DNA of 61,517 nt, the filler included, from Rhabdomonas costata (Eukaryota): assembly GCA_019059605.1 (NCBI GenBank). It is 20 parts of 20 records of this genome, joined end to end, with 100 filler letters (N's around TTAATTAATTAA, not from the genome) between each part and the next. Parts side by side here need not be neighbours in the genome. Positions count along the whole stretch, not along the records: positions 36,994 to 39,971 come from JAHMHO010001609.1; positions 40,072 to 43,050 come from JAHMHO010001610.1; positions 43,151 to 46,128 come from JAHMHO010001611.1; positions 46,229 to 49,206 come from JAHMHO010001612.1; 16 more parts are not named here. One strand, given 5' to 3'. Of the stretch, positions 37,278 to 48,800 are shown one piece after another (position 1 is the first letter of the stretch; each line of letters opens with the position of its first letter). The notes beneath the pieces were generated by a model. It saw only the letters and a program-made list of their open reading frames with translations. It did no database searches and had not been told where the DNA came from. The translations under genes were made by a program, and so were the position numbers.

Positions 37278-39797
37278 GTATTTCAGAGCCTTCGAGCTAC
37301 ATGGCAGTCTTTGGTCAAAGTTATCCGAACCTGCACCGGCGTCCGCACCTTCTGCGTCCACGATGAGGGCCTGGCGTATGCCTCTGCACTTGCAGTCCTC
37401 ATCCCGTTCCTTTCGTCGCGCAATCGTTTGGTGCAGCCCCGGAACACTAAATCTTGCTTGTTCTGTTTCTTCCGCCCCCACCATTCAACCCCGTGAGTAA
37501 TGAATGCCACTCAATCCCAGTGGTGCACTGAGGTGTTTTTGGTGAGGCCGGGCCACGGCGTCTTACGGGTTCCACCACGGTATGAAGCTGTCCCCCTCCC
37601 CCCTACACACATCTTGGGTAGCTGTCGCTGTGCTTCGTTAGCGTTCACTACTTCATGACTGCTCACGGCGTGGTGCAGGAGGACAGACGAGACAGACATT
37701 GACTATATAGTTAAGAAAATGGTGAGTATCTCTTCTGGATTTGTGGCGGACGTTCATCACCATTTCCATGGTGGCTAAATGGAAAGAGTGTGCTGGGATG
37801 AGGGAGGCACAGTCTCGGAGATTTTTGTGTGCTCTGCTCTGTGTGTAGACTTCTCGACTCAGCTGCAGAACTGAGCGCTGCAGTGAGCACCGCCTTGGCA
37901 GGGGTGCTGGGGCAGGCACGCCAGGAGTTTCCCAGACTGCTGCTCTTGCCGGACTCCACGCTACTGGCCTTGCTGGGCTCCTCCCTTGGGCCTCCTGCTG
38001 ACCTCCCTAGTGAGCAACCTTTACCCCTCGCCCCCTTTCCTCAGTCACCCTGCCATCGGGAAGCGAACCCTTTGAGATCATTCCTTCATTTATCATGACC
38101 GTAATACCGCCTCTCTTTCTCCCATACATTCATTATCGCTCGCTACTGTTTTTCTCCTATCACGGTTCAGACTAAGCGGCATGCGTGGTTGGTTTCTTTG
38201 CCATTGGTATGCATCCATACAACCACCTTGATGTGGATGAGGCTAAAGGATTTGGGAAGGTTTGGGTTCCCACCAAAGAATCTGGCTGAAGACTGCCCGT
38301 TGGAGGTCCTTTTTCCGACATCACGGCATTCTGCATACGACTGACCTTTTTCTGGGCGTTGTGTACCACGCAGGCCTGAGCAACATCTTTGGCTTCGAGT
38401 CGCTGGTGGTGGGCCGTGAGGCCGAGGTCACCGGGGTGCGAGGTCGGGACGGGACAGTCTTCTATCTGGCCTCCTCCGTCTACACCACCGCCGCGTCCAG
38501 GTTTTGCGGCTGTTTTTGCTGGAGCCCTTATACTTCTCCACCAGCATAGAAATTCAATGCGAAATTGGGCTGACATTATGGTCTGATATTTTAATTGATG
38601 AGGTGTCGAGTTTTCCCCACGCGTCAGGTTTGAGGACCAATCTCGCACCATTTCTCTCTGTCTTACTGAAAGCCGCACTTGCTGGGGCCCGAGAAAATCG
38701 TCCACAAGAACGTTTTTTTGTTGCCGAAGGGGGATTCCGTTTGTCCTTCCATCAAACATGGTCAAAGTCCAGCGTCAAGAGTCCTCCACACAGAGGAGCC
38801 GTTTTCGTCGTTTTTACCATTGCCGAGACCAGTTATAAAGCTGCCTCTGCAATCGCTAATGGTGGTGTGCTCTTCATTCCGTGGCTCATTCTCTTGTGCA
38901 GTGTTGCTCGGGTTCTAGCCGAGGTGCAGGGGCAGCTGAGAGAGAGTCTGAAGCAGGCTCTGCATCAGCTGGTGAAAAGCTCCGGGATTCTTACCACCAC
39001 CACTGAGTCGCCCTCGGTGCTGCTCAAGCAGTTGCTGCAGTGCCACCCCCTTCAGGTGCCGTGCTTGTGCCGAGCTTTTCAATGACCCTGAGGGCCGCAA
39101 TTTTTTCTTCACGACCAGTATAGGATCTTTCTTCGCCTTGAGGTATGACGGCTGATGACATTTCCCGTGGCGATTGGGGAGGTGGGTCCTCCACAGGCTG
39201 TACCTCTTCTGCTGAGGCTGCGGTTTTGTTCGGTGGTTGAGCAGGCGCTGGACACCGGAGCCACCGCCGCCCTGCTTATTGTCCAGCGCAATGGTATGGG
39301 TAGTGAGTGAGTTTATTTTAATGTTGAGCTGGAGCCCGAAATGAGAAATGAGGAAAACGGCATTGTTTTTTGTGTTTCTGCCACTATCATTGTGATGAAG
39401 TGGGCCATTGAATTTGTTTAAAGCGCTTTAGACCTGGATATTCTGTTGTGTGGTGATTGCGTCATTTTTGATCCTTGAATTTGTGTACGTTGATAACAAA
39501 ATCTGGATTACATCACAAGAAAGTGACTTTCGCAGCTGAGCACCGTTCACGTTCATGGCGTTTTCGGGCATCTTCTCTATTACAGAGGAGATTCTGCTGA
39601 AAGAGTTTTCTTCAGAAATGTGGAAGCAGCTGCAGCAACAGCAACATCGGCAGCCCAACGGGAAGGCGGAGCCTCCCAGCCAAGAAGCGCAGAAGGGCGG
39701 GGAAGAGGGGCTGGACTGCCGCCGGCTGAAGCTCGCAGTGCAGGCTCAGCTGCAGCACTGTGAGATTTTGCGGCAGTTGGTGGAACAACGAGTGGAG
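37278..39797 (+). CDS. Highly divergent dynein heavy chain-like protein, linker (DHC_N2) region; exons 37278-37375, 37849-38009, 38374-38500, 38902-39055, 39197-39293, 39586-39797
   Basis: FQSLRATWQSLVK...ARQEFPRLLLLPDSTLLALLG (compare KRxxFPRFYFLSxxELLxIL)...VTGVRGRDG...VARVLAEVQGQLRESL...HPLQ...VEQAL. All five junctions are GT-AG and in phase. Confidence 0.78.
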
Positions 39798-41737
39798 GTA
39801 CCTTTTATTGCAAAGCTTGCTGTGCCGCATACCTTGCTTTCTCATTTCGTGATGCGTAAGTATTGTTTAGCTTGCCCCTTTTTGCTGGACTTCTCTGTGC
39901 CTGTTCAAAAGCGGCCCATTTGTGGAGTTCTCTTTCGGTAGTTGTTCATCCTGTGAAGTTTCCTTTTTTGCNNNNNNNNNNNNNNNNNNNNNNNNNNNNN
40001 NNNNNNNNNNNNNNNTTAATTAATTAANNNNNNNNNNNNNNNNNNNNNNNNNNNNNNNNNNNNNNNNNNNNTTACCCCTGAGTGGGAATTGGCAATCAGG
40101 ACACCCCACCAAGACCTGGCCCCAGAAGCGCTCTGCACTTTCCCTTGGAGCCTTGGAGACTCCAGTTCAGCTTGCAGTATTTTTGGCGAGGTTGGCAGTC
40201 CGCGGTGTAGCCGATTTCCATTTCCCAGGCAGATTTCCCAAGGAGCGTTGGTTGTTCTTGGACGCCCTGATAATGTCAAAATTTAATAGAGGGGGCGTCC
40301 ATTTTGGGATGCCAGAAAAGACGGTAACAACGGAAAAAGTGTTGATGGTGTTTACTAAGATGTTTTGAAAGACGATTGTGCTTCCGCGCCATTGTTGTTC
40401 ATACGTGTGTCCATCCTGCGTGCATCCATCCCTCTGCTATGTGCCGCTGCTACTGTTGGCACCCCGTTTGTGCGGGTATGCCGTGGTTATCGTGTGCTGT
40501 TGGCTTCCAAAAATTTTGATAGTAAAAGCTATCAAAAAAAAGGGGGGGGGGCAGGGGAGAAATCCCCCACCGCCCCCTCTGCGTTAGTCTGGTTTCTTGT
40601 GACCGCGGTGTGCCAGAGGCAGATGGATAATGCGACTTACATATAGGGTCTTCCGTGTGGGCACGGATACTTCTGTTGGAAGGCACTAAGCTGTGAGGGC
40701 CATTGTACCATTTTCGCCCTTTTTTATCCAGCTGCATTGTCCAAGAGGGAATTCGTTCGTGTCGGCCCAGCGGCGCCCCCAACGTTTTAATAGAGAAGAG
40801 AGCGAGCTAGCGAGGGAGACAGAGAGAGACCCTAGCTCTGGCGGTTTCCCCGCTTACCTACTTGCTGTGGCGGATGACGCGCATTCTCCTTTTCCCCGCG
40901 AGCTTGTTCCAGATGTCGAGCTCCCTTTTATGACCTGCTCTCCGTGCTCCCCCTCACCGTGCCTGTGTCTCCCCGTGCACTGCACTACACCACCATCTAG
41001 AACATCCATTCGAGATCAGAGAGAGAGCTGTACGACCATTTACCTGGCATCTGTCGAGGCACAGATAGGGGGTGGCTGAGTACATCAGAAGGAGGGTGGC
41101 AACCCTACCGCTGCGGTTGTTGATAGGTACTGCAGGAGGTGATATTGGCTTCAAACTGGCAGCAGCGAACCGCCTGAGTGGCGGTGAAAATCGCACTGAC
41201 AGAGGAAAAGGTAACACGTCAGACGTACAAGAGACCGATGAGGTCTCTTGCACGTTCCACACCCGAACGTTGCTCTCGGACGGTGTTGTGCGGAGGCTTC
41301 CTGCTTTGTCAGTCTCGAAGTGAGCGCAACAGGAAGTAGAACCTGGAAAGGACCTGCAAGTTCTAGGAGCTGACAACAACGACGTTTCAGGGAGCGCGTC
41401 GTACGGTGCAGGTGCTCTCTAACATCGCTCTGTAGCTCGGTCGCGTGCGCTGGGATACTTCAAGTGCCTCTCCACCATGCTCCCCTCCCTGTAGACTGGC
41501 AAAAGCGTACGCTCGAAGGTTGCCCTTTCGTTTACCAGGACCGAGTTTTTTTCAAGCCGATACTGTGGCTTTCCGAGGCGACTGCTCTGCTGCCACCGGC
41601 AACCATGCAAGCAGACGTGGGACAGGGCCGGTGGGTCTTCTTCGCTAGGAGTTCCATTCCGGCGTTTTTGCAGCTGGCGGTGACAAGTGGATTTTGGGGC
41701 TCTTTCTGTTGTGGAGTTGCTCTTTTGGACCTCTTTT

Positions 41738-41800
41738 GCCCAAGGATTAAACGTGACTCTTGACAGCGTGATGGTTTATGACTCAAAAGGCATGACGGGC
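41738..41800 (+). ncRNA. Candidate box C/D snoRNA family A, copy 1
   Basis: Terminal stem GCCC/GGGC, box C AGGATTA, D' TTGA, C' GTGATGG, box D ATGA. C6(U) pairs with D1(A) in place of the usual G-C. Identical in both copies. Confidence 0.55.
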
Positions 41801-42182
41801 TCAGCCTTTCCGTGGTATTTCTTGAGTCGCTGTTTGTTCTCAACTAAGTGCGCGCACGCCTAAGCAAGGTTGGGGTGGGTGTTCAGTGTGGGAAGGGTTG
41901 GCGGGCAGAACATTTTACCGTTTTCGTCTGAGCCTTGCCTCCGCCTCCGTCGGTTGGTTGGTTTGCACGGTATTGTTGTTCGGGGTCGCTGGATTTCCGC
42001 TTTTGGGTTGAGTTTCGACGGGTTTCCCGAGGCGACTGCTCTGCTGTGACCTGCAACGAGGCGCAGGGCAGGGCGGTGGGTCTTCTTTGCTAGGAGTTCC
42101 ATTCCGGCGTTTTTACAGCTGGCGGTGACAAGTGGATTTTGGGGCTCTTTCTGTTGTGGAGTTGCCCTTTTGGACCTCTTTT

Positions 42183-42245
42183 GCCCAAGGATTAAACGTG
42201 ACTCTTGACAGCGTGATGGTTTATGACTCAAAAGGCATGACGGGC
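42183..42245 (+). ncRNA. Candidate box C/D snoRNA family A, copy 2
   Basis: Identical to 41738-41800; similarity stops a few nt after the 3' stem. Confidence 0.55.
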
Positions 42246-42762
42246 TCAGCCTTCTTGTGCTTTCCTTTCGCAGTGTTCGACGCGTTAAACGTGAAAAGAG
42301 GTTGTGGTTTACCACTAGCAATGTGGTGGTAGTGAACGGTAATTTTCACTGCTTTATCGGTTCACACCAGACCAAATTTTACGGTGACCCGTGTTGGGCA
42401 ATGATGAGATGGCTGGGTGTGGAGCTCACATTTAGGGGATGGTAGTGCTCCAGAGGTGAGTAGGTTGACGGCCTTGGCCTTTACTTCTGCTTCTGCTGCG
42501 AGGTTTAAGGGCGCTTTTGACGTTTCCAGGTTGCGAAAGCCCTGAGGGAGCAAGCCCTGGGGTTACTTGAGTGCACGTTCCACATTTGAAAACGTGCGAA
42601 GCAGGCGAATACCCATAACTTTGCGAAATGTGCGTTTTGCATGCCCAGCCCTCTCGCACAAAGTGCATGCTTGATTTCTCGCTTGACGTAGGGACACTAG
42701 TGTTCGTTGCCTCAAAATTCCTCTGGAGGCTGCCAGGCTTTCGTTTTGGTATCATTTTTTAG

Positions 42763-43036
42763 TCATCTCGGAAATCGCGATTGTCCCGTCAAAGCGGCTG
42801 AGGAACAAAATCGCTGGTTTCACCACGCACCTCATGAAGCGGTTTGTATTGCAACTTTTATTGCTTCAGAAAGGTTTGGAGTGGGTTGAGCTTTTTGCTG
42901 AACTGTTTTTAGCATTGCACGTGGGCCGGTGCGAGGGATTTCTCTGAAGCTGCAGGAGGAGGAACGGGAGAAGCGTCTGGACTACTCCCCTGAGGTCTCC
43001 CAGGTGGATCAGCAAATTATGGACAACGGAATTGAG
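42763..43036 (+). CDS. RPS17: 40S ribosomal protein S17 (eS17), internal exons 42763-42841 and 42913-43036
   Basis: [61 protein letters not shown]. Confidence 0.97.
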
Positions 43037-43875
43037 GTGTGCGACCAACANNNNNNNNNNNNNNNNNNNNNNNNNNNNNNNNNNNNNNNNNNNNTTAATT
43101 AATTAANNNNNNNNNNNNNNNNNNNNNNNNNNNNNNNNNNNNNNNNNNNNTTTTTTAATGCAGTGTTGACGGAGGCTTTTTGTTCAACAGCTTTTTGTTT
43201 TGCAAAGTTTCTTTCGTTACACATTGTGTCGCAAAGGATGGTTTATGGTGTATTTTGATTCGTGAACGAGGAAGTGATTTGTGGTTTTAATTGTTTGACA
43301 CCCTTCCTCCCGCCAAGGCGACAGTGTGAACTGTTGCGACAGGTTAGGATTCTGATACCTGTTCCTCCTAAACTTCCGAAGTTATTGGTTTCGGTGCTAG
43401 GCCAGTCCCAGGCGCAGGCGGGCGGGGCTGAGCGGAACATGACCTGGGGAGCCGCTCGTTTTTTTAATGTATTGTGCAATGGAAAAATGGGTACCACTGG
43501 TAACCATCGCCACTCCCAAACCCCCTCCCAAACCGTCAGTTGTACAGGTGATTCCACATGGTCGAGCAGGCAGCCAGGAGACTTGGCCATCCGCCTGATT
43601 GTCAGAACAAGAGCTTGACTGCGCCTTGTCGTCCCATTGAAAACAAAACTCGTGGTTGATAAGTATAGTGTGTAATTAGAATTAGGAGACTGAGGCAAAA
43701 CCAATTGCTGTGGGTGGTGTTACGTTTCAGGGGAAGGTCAAGGACAGGGTGGGGAGAGTTTTGAGATGAAAGGAGTGCTGAAACTAGGCGGCGACAGCAA
43801 CGGCTAATATCCACCAGCACATATTGCGATTATCATACCCTGCTCTGCAATTTAATTTTGAATATGTAAGAAGGT

Positions 43876-43944
43876 GCACGATGTGATGACATTTGGCTGC
43901 ATTTGTGATCCTATGAACGCTCGAAACGCGACTGAGATGAGTGC
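43876..43944 (+). ncRNA. Box C/D snoRNA family B, copy 1
   Basis: Box C GTGATGA 43883-43889, D' GTGA, C' ATGAACG, box D CTGA 43932-43935, flanked by GCAC/GTGC. Conserved in three copies. Confidence 0.75.
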
Positions 43945-44801
43945 TGGTGGTGATTTTTCTGCTTTTTTTGTTCTTGTGTTTTTGAGGGCAGTGCAGTCGT
44001 GGCAGTGATTTTTGTTCAAAAGCTGTCAATGCTTCATTTTAAAAGTGCCATCACTGTGGAAAAAGTGGACTATGATTCAGTTACATGCACAAAAAACCTT
44101 GACCCGACCCGCTCTTTACTGACGGTGGCCCCATGATGTTTCGGATTCTGAATTCATCTGAAGCAGGCCCTGGTCTTTTGTTTGTACATTGAGCCCAACA
44201 GAACGCATGTGGCGGCGGGACATATTAATTACCAGCAAGGTTTCGGGTCGAACATGACATTGTGAAGACCTGGGGCCCGTGCTGATTGTGAAGAATGCCC
44301 TCAAATGGGGCAAACCCCAGTCGCTCCCACTGCGTTGGGCTTGATCCCGGCGAGCATTTAGTGTGTGAGGCTGTCCAGAGCCATTTGCCCAGACGCCCTT
44401 TTGGCGGGAAAAGGGGCAGGTGGGTTTTTTTACATTCGTTGTGGGTGTTGATAAACCCTCCGCTGCGCTGGGGAAAGAAGCGGTACATGATTTAATAAGG
44501 AATTAGGAAAGAGCCATCAAGGGGCACGGATGGATACCTCAGGTTGAAAGGACCACGCCCACGCAGCGTTTCGGGAAGCCCAGTGTATATATAAAAGACC
44601 CCGGGCCCGTTTCGGTTTCGCTTCGGTTTAGAAAACTACGCACCCCGAAGTCACAAAAGCCTCTCGAAACGCAAAAAATAAAAGGAAAAATAAAGAAAGA
44701 GCCGCTAAGGTACCGGCCTGAGGCTGCAAGGACCGGCCACAGAGCGTTTTCCGATACGAACGGTGAGGAGGCCACCCAAAATCAGCACGCTTGTCAACTG
44801 T

Positions 44802-44870
44802 GCACGATCTGATGACCTTTGGCTGCATTTGTGATTCTATGAACGCTCGAAACGCGACTGAGATGAGTGC
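44802..44870 (+). ncRNA. Box C/D snoRNA family B, copy 2
   Basis: CTGATGA 44809-44815 ... CTGA 44858-44861, with guide regions conserved. Confidence 0.72.
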
Positions 44871-45139
44871 GACAGCCAGAGGAAGGTGTACCTGCCTTTG
44901 CTGGCATTTGGCGCATGCACCGTCTTTGAAGAGGGGGTGGGGTGGGTGCTGTGATATCCAAGCAGGGCATTCACATTCTGGAGTTTGTGTATGTACTCAT
45001 CGGCGTTGGTGCGCAAGCACATTCGCGAGGTGGGGCAGAGTTTCGCTCACAAACAGCAGGGATTTCAGTCGATTCTTTTTTTGTCGGAACTTTACAGGAG
45101 GCGGCCTTAGGCCGCTTCAGTGTGAGTGTGTGAGAAGTT

Positions 45140-45208
45140 GCACGATGTGATGACATTTGGCTGCATTTGTGATTCCATGAACGCTCGAAACGCGACTGAC
45201 AAGAGCGC
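45140..45208 (+). ncRNA. Box C/D snoRNA family B, copy 3
   Basis: GTGATGA 45147-45153 ... CTGA 45196-45199, with guide regions conserved. Confidence 0.75.
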
Positions 45209-45529
45209 TGGTGTGTTTTTTTTTTGCTGTTTCAAGTGTTTTTGGGGGCAAATGTCCGGTTTCAACTGTGGCTTTTTGTTTTGCTTCTATGTGCACTTTA
45301 TTGAGGAGAAAGTTGTGCTGGACATACATTTTCAGGTGAATTTCGATTGGGCAAATGCTGGCGTGGACCGTGCATTCTTCAATGATTTGTTTACGTAACC
45401 TTCACACCGTGCCTTGTTGGCAAGACAGATTCGATATGTCGGAAAACTTTATGGTCCATTTTTGCATTTGACCGTGCATGTAGACGCTTCTGAAGAGAAC
45501 CTAGGGCACCCTCCGTTTGGGTCCGTCAG

Positions 45530-45692
45530 GCGCTGCAAGTGTGTCTGTTGTGGACTGCTTCGGGGTTGCCGCGGAGCTCGTGGTGGTGCCCCGGCTGGCA
45601 CCCTCCGTGAGGGGAGTCGCCCGGGAGTGGCTCACCAAGGCCCACCCGTTGGTCTTGGACTCCAGCCGGAGCATCTTCTTTGAGGGCTTTCG
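45530..45692 (+). CDS. Isolated internal exon of a hypothetical protein
   Basis: GC-rich and bounded by CAG| and |GTAC; reads AASVSVVDCFGVAAELVVVPRLAPSVRGVAREWLTKAHPLVLDSSRSIFFEGFR. Confidence 0.5.
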
Positions 45693-46280
45693 GTACTTCC
45701 CACGCCCACTTCCCTGCACTTCCATCTCTCCCCGCCCCGCACCCGCCTCACGTCCTCTTTGTCCCGATTTGAGTCCTTGTGACAGCGAGTCACCGTCGTA
45801 CCATTTTCAAATCCCCCGTCCCTTAGTTCCCACCGTTTCGCTGTGCTGTTCAATACATTTTGGCAAAGGTGGGCAATTTATCTGAGATTGCTGTTCCATT
45901 GCTGTTCCATATCTCCTGCGTTGTTCTGCACTGTTCACTTTGCTCCAATCGCGAACCCTCGAGTACCGGTCAGTGTAGGATGAGCTAGTGCAAGCGTAAA
46001 AGAATGAAAACGCGACCCGCAAAGACAGCAAACCTTCTTAGAAGTTGTTCCTTGCTCAAAGATGTTGAAGACCACTACAGGCTGTCCCCGAAAAAGCGAG
46101 GACAGCCACGGCGAAAGTCCACCACACCNNNNNNNNNNNNNNNNNNNNNNNNNNNNNNNNNNNNNNNNNNNNTTAATTAATTAANNNNNNNNNNNNNNNN
46201 NNNNNNNNNNNNNNNNNNNNNNNNNNNNGTGTGGCGCAGGTGTGGCGCAAGTGGGTTGGGTGTCTGCAGCTTGTGCATAC

Positions 46281-48800
46281 AGGATCAGCGGTCCAGGGCC
46301 CAAGCATAAGGTTGCCGGCAGCATCCACGAAGCCCAAGCTTGGTCGGGGGGTCAGAGGCACTCGGTTCAGGTGATTCTCCGCAGGGCTGGTGGTGGGCGG
46401 GTGAGTCAGGAACCGCAGCCAGCGCGGCTGCCCGAACCGAACCTCAAAGCTGTGGGTGACCTTCGTGGCGAAACTGGCGTGACCGAAGGTCAGGGTGTAC
46501 CTAATCCACACCCCATCCCTGCTCTCTCTCATTTCTCAGACTCTCTCGTGATAAGTTGAAAGCATTATAAAGCGGACAGTACTTTGCGCAGCTGTTTCAA
46601 AGCAATAATGGAAGAAGCTGTGCCGATCTTCGGAAATCAGGCACGAGGGACGAGGCACGAGGGGAATTGAGGTGGGCCACTTACCTTCCCACTGGGGGAA
46701 AGGCAATATTCAGCCCCGCAAAGGTCGCCACCCCTTGAACAGAGGTCACTGCGAGCGACGAGCTGAGGTTTCCCCCGAGGTACCACGCCGAGAGGCAATC
46801 CTCCACTCTCTGAGCGGGGAAGGGGACCATAGAAATTAGCTGCCTAGATGGCAGAGTCCGGGAAAAGCAGGTGTTGGAAACCCAACGGTTATGTTATGGA
46901 TCCAGCGGATCCAACAACTACAGGCCAGGAGTCACCCGAAACTCTCAGCAGCATGCTGCCTTTGACAATTCACTCAAGTGCAGCCCAGTCGGAAGGTGAT
47001 GTAAATGTGATGTAAATGTGATGGCGGGACAGTGAAGAGCTCCCGCCTTGAGGCGGTAGACGTGAGTTGGATTCAGTGAGAAGGTTGGGGAAGAAAGGGT
47101 GACCTTGTTCTTGTGCCTGGACCGGGGACACAACCGACTGCACCTGACGCTCTTCACTGTTTCTGTCAGTACAGGAATGTTTCGCTGACCAAGGCGCCCT
47201 TTGTTGTCTTGACTTCGTGCGCGCTTCGTGGCGCTTGCGTCTGGAAACCCTAAATCAATTACACAAAAAATCACGCACTTCAGAAAGACATACCTACCTA
47301 CGAAATAAGAAGGACACTACGGACCCGCCAAAACAGATTGGGGTGAAAGCTTGCCAAGCCGACAACTCACACACTCCACCCCGTTCAGTAATTATAGCAA
47401 GTTTTCCCGAACCTTCTTGGTGCGTCACGCACCCTCTTGGGGACACGCCAATTGCTCTTCAGGGACAGTGAGCAAGCAGTGCGCGCACACACATACTCCG
47501 GCGGCAAGGCCCGAGAAGGCCTCAGGAAGGTACGCGGTGCTGCACTGCACTTCGAGACTCACCTCCACTTTCCTAGGAGTGGGGTCGAAGTCTAGCAGAC
47601 GGTGGCCTTTGCCATCCATCACCTGTCAAAACGGGAAGAATCTGAATTCAAAGTAACGTGGGTAGGAACTGGGTCCTGGCCAGTGATGCGATCTCGATCC
47701 ATTTGCAAACAGCCATTTTCGGCAAATCTGTAAATTTGCCGCCTCCCCGTGCGCTACCTTACACCAAGCATTATGCCCGAACTGCGCCTGATACACACTT
47801 CCCTTTGATCTACACAATTCCCGCTCTCTTATGGGGTTTGTTGTTGAAAACTCCCACTGGATTTCTTCCCCGTTCCATGTTCCATTGACAATCTTTATGC
47901 TTCCTGCTCTTCTTCTTTTCAATACTGCCATCGTTGTTGGTCCCTTCTTGCCATCTGTAACGTATTGCTCTCATGTTTGCTTGCCCGGATATTTTTCTGC
48001 CCTGAACTCAGAACATTTGCATGTAGCAACTGTCCAGCAGGAGCCGATGATTCTATTCTATGGGACAGAACGCTGCGCGGACGTCTAAATTCTATATTAT
48101 TACTAGTATGGCAGTATAAGAGAACGAGACCCGAAGTACAAAAGGCAAATAATGTTCCCCGCATAGCAGTCCTATGCAACTCGACCAGGTAAAGGCAGAG
48201 GCACCATTCAACCCCCCGTCACGGTCACAGACGGAACGGGGACCCGCACATACCAGAAGGACGTAGGTCTCCAGGTGAACTTCCAGATCGCTGTACAAGA
48301 AGCTGGCCAGCCCTGCGGGATTGGCCAGAGCCAGAGCAGCGGGCTCCCCGACAACCTCGTACTGCTGCCGCGAAGTGGTGAACACGAATCCGTCCGTGGA
48401 AACCTCGAGGTAGGTCGGAGACGGCATGCCCCTGCGTCATACAATGCAAACCAAGAAGGACAGTGGCTGCTCATCTGTTGAAATGTACGAAGCTTCCTGA
48501 GTGCGTGCGTTGACATGTGAATTTCAACATGCACAAGTAATTTTTGGGAAGGAGTTTTTTAATTGACGCGGATACCCCAAGACACCCACGCTTGCGACTT
48601 ACCCAAGGATGGCGGGTTGGTTGCACAGCACGCTCTGGCTGGTTAGGAAGGTCAGGTTGCCCAGCACAACGACTTCCTTATTCGCTGACCCTCCTCCAGC
48701 GGCGGAGGCGGGGCTGTAGAACTTGCACAGCGCCCACTCCGATGATGCAAACCCGTAGCCCGTCAACTTTATCATGGTGTTCGTGGAGTGGAACCCCCTC
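46281..48800 (-). CDS. Large surface protein with IPT/TIG and bacterial Ig-like beta-sandwich repeats, internal fragment (at least 5 exons)
   Basis: IKLTGYGFASSEWALCKF...SVLCNQP and YLEVSTDGFVFT (IPT-like). VMDGKGH, GVATFAGLNIAFPPVGRYTLTF and FVDAAGN (Big-like). Confidence 0.65.

Larger units (their letters stand above)
41573..42252 (+). repeat. Direct duplication of a ~230-bp unit (approximately 41573-41808 and 42026-42252)
   Basis: Near-identical from GGTGGGTCTTCTT to GGGCTCAGCCTT; the 5' part has diverged. Confidence 0.93.

Noticed and set aside
41038..41047. ATTTACCTGG resembles the U1 snRNA 5' end
   Set aside because: No stem-loop I with a proper 70K loop and no Sm site at the expected distance.
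40780..41500. Telomerase RNA or RNase P/MRP RNA as the identity of the structured segment
   Set aside because: No CCCTAACCC-type template and no convincing CR-I/CR-V (P4) motifs.
44583..44596. TATA-like GTATATATAAAAG within the snoRNA cluster
   Set aside because: A single short AT-rich motif with no supporting evidence for promoter function.
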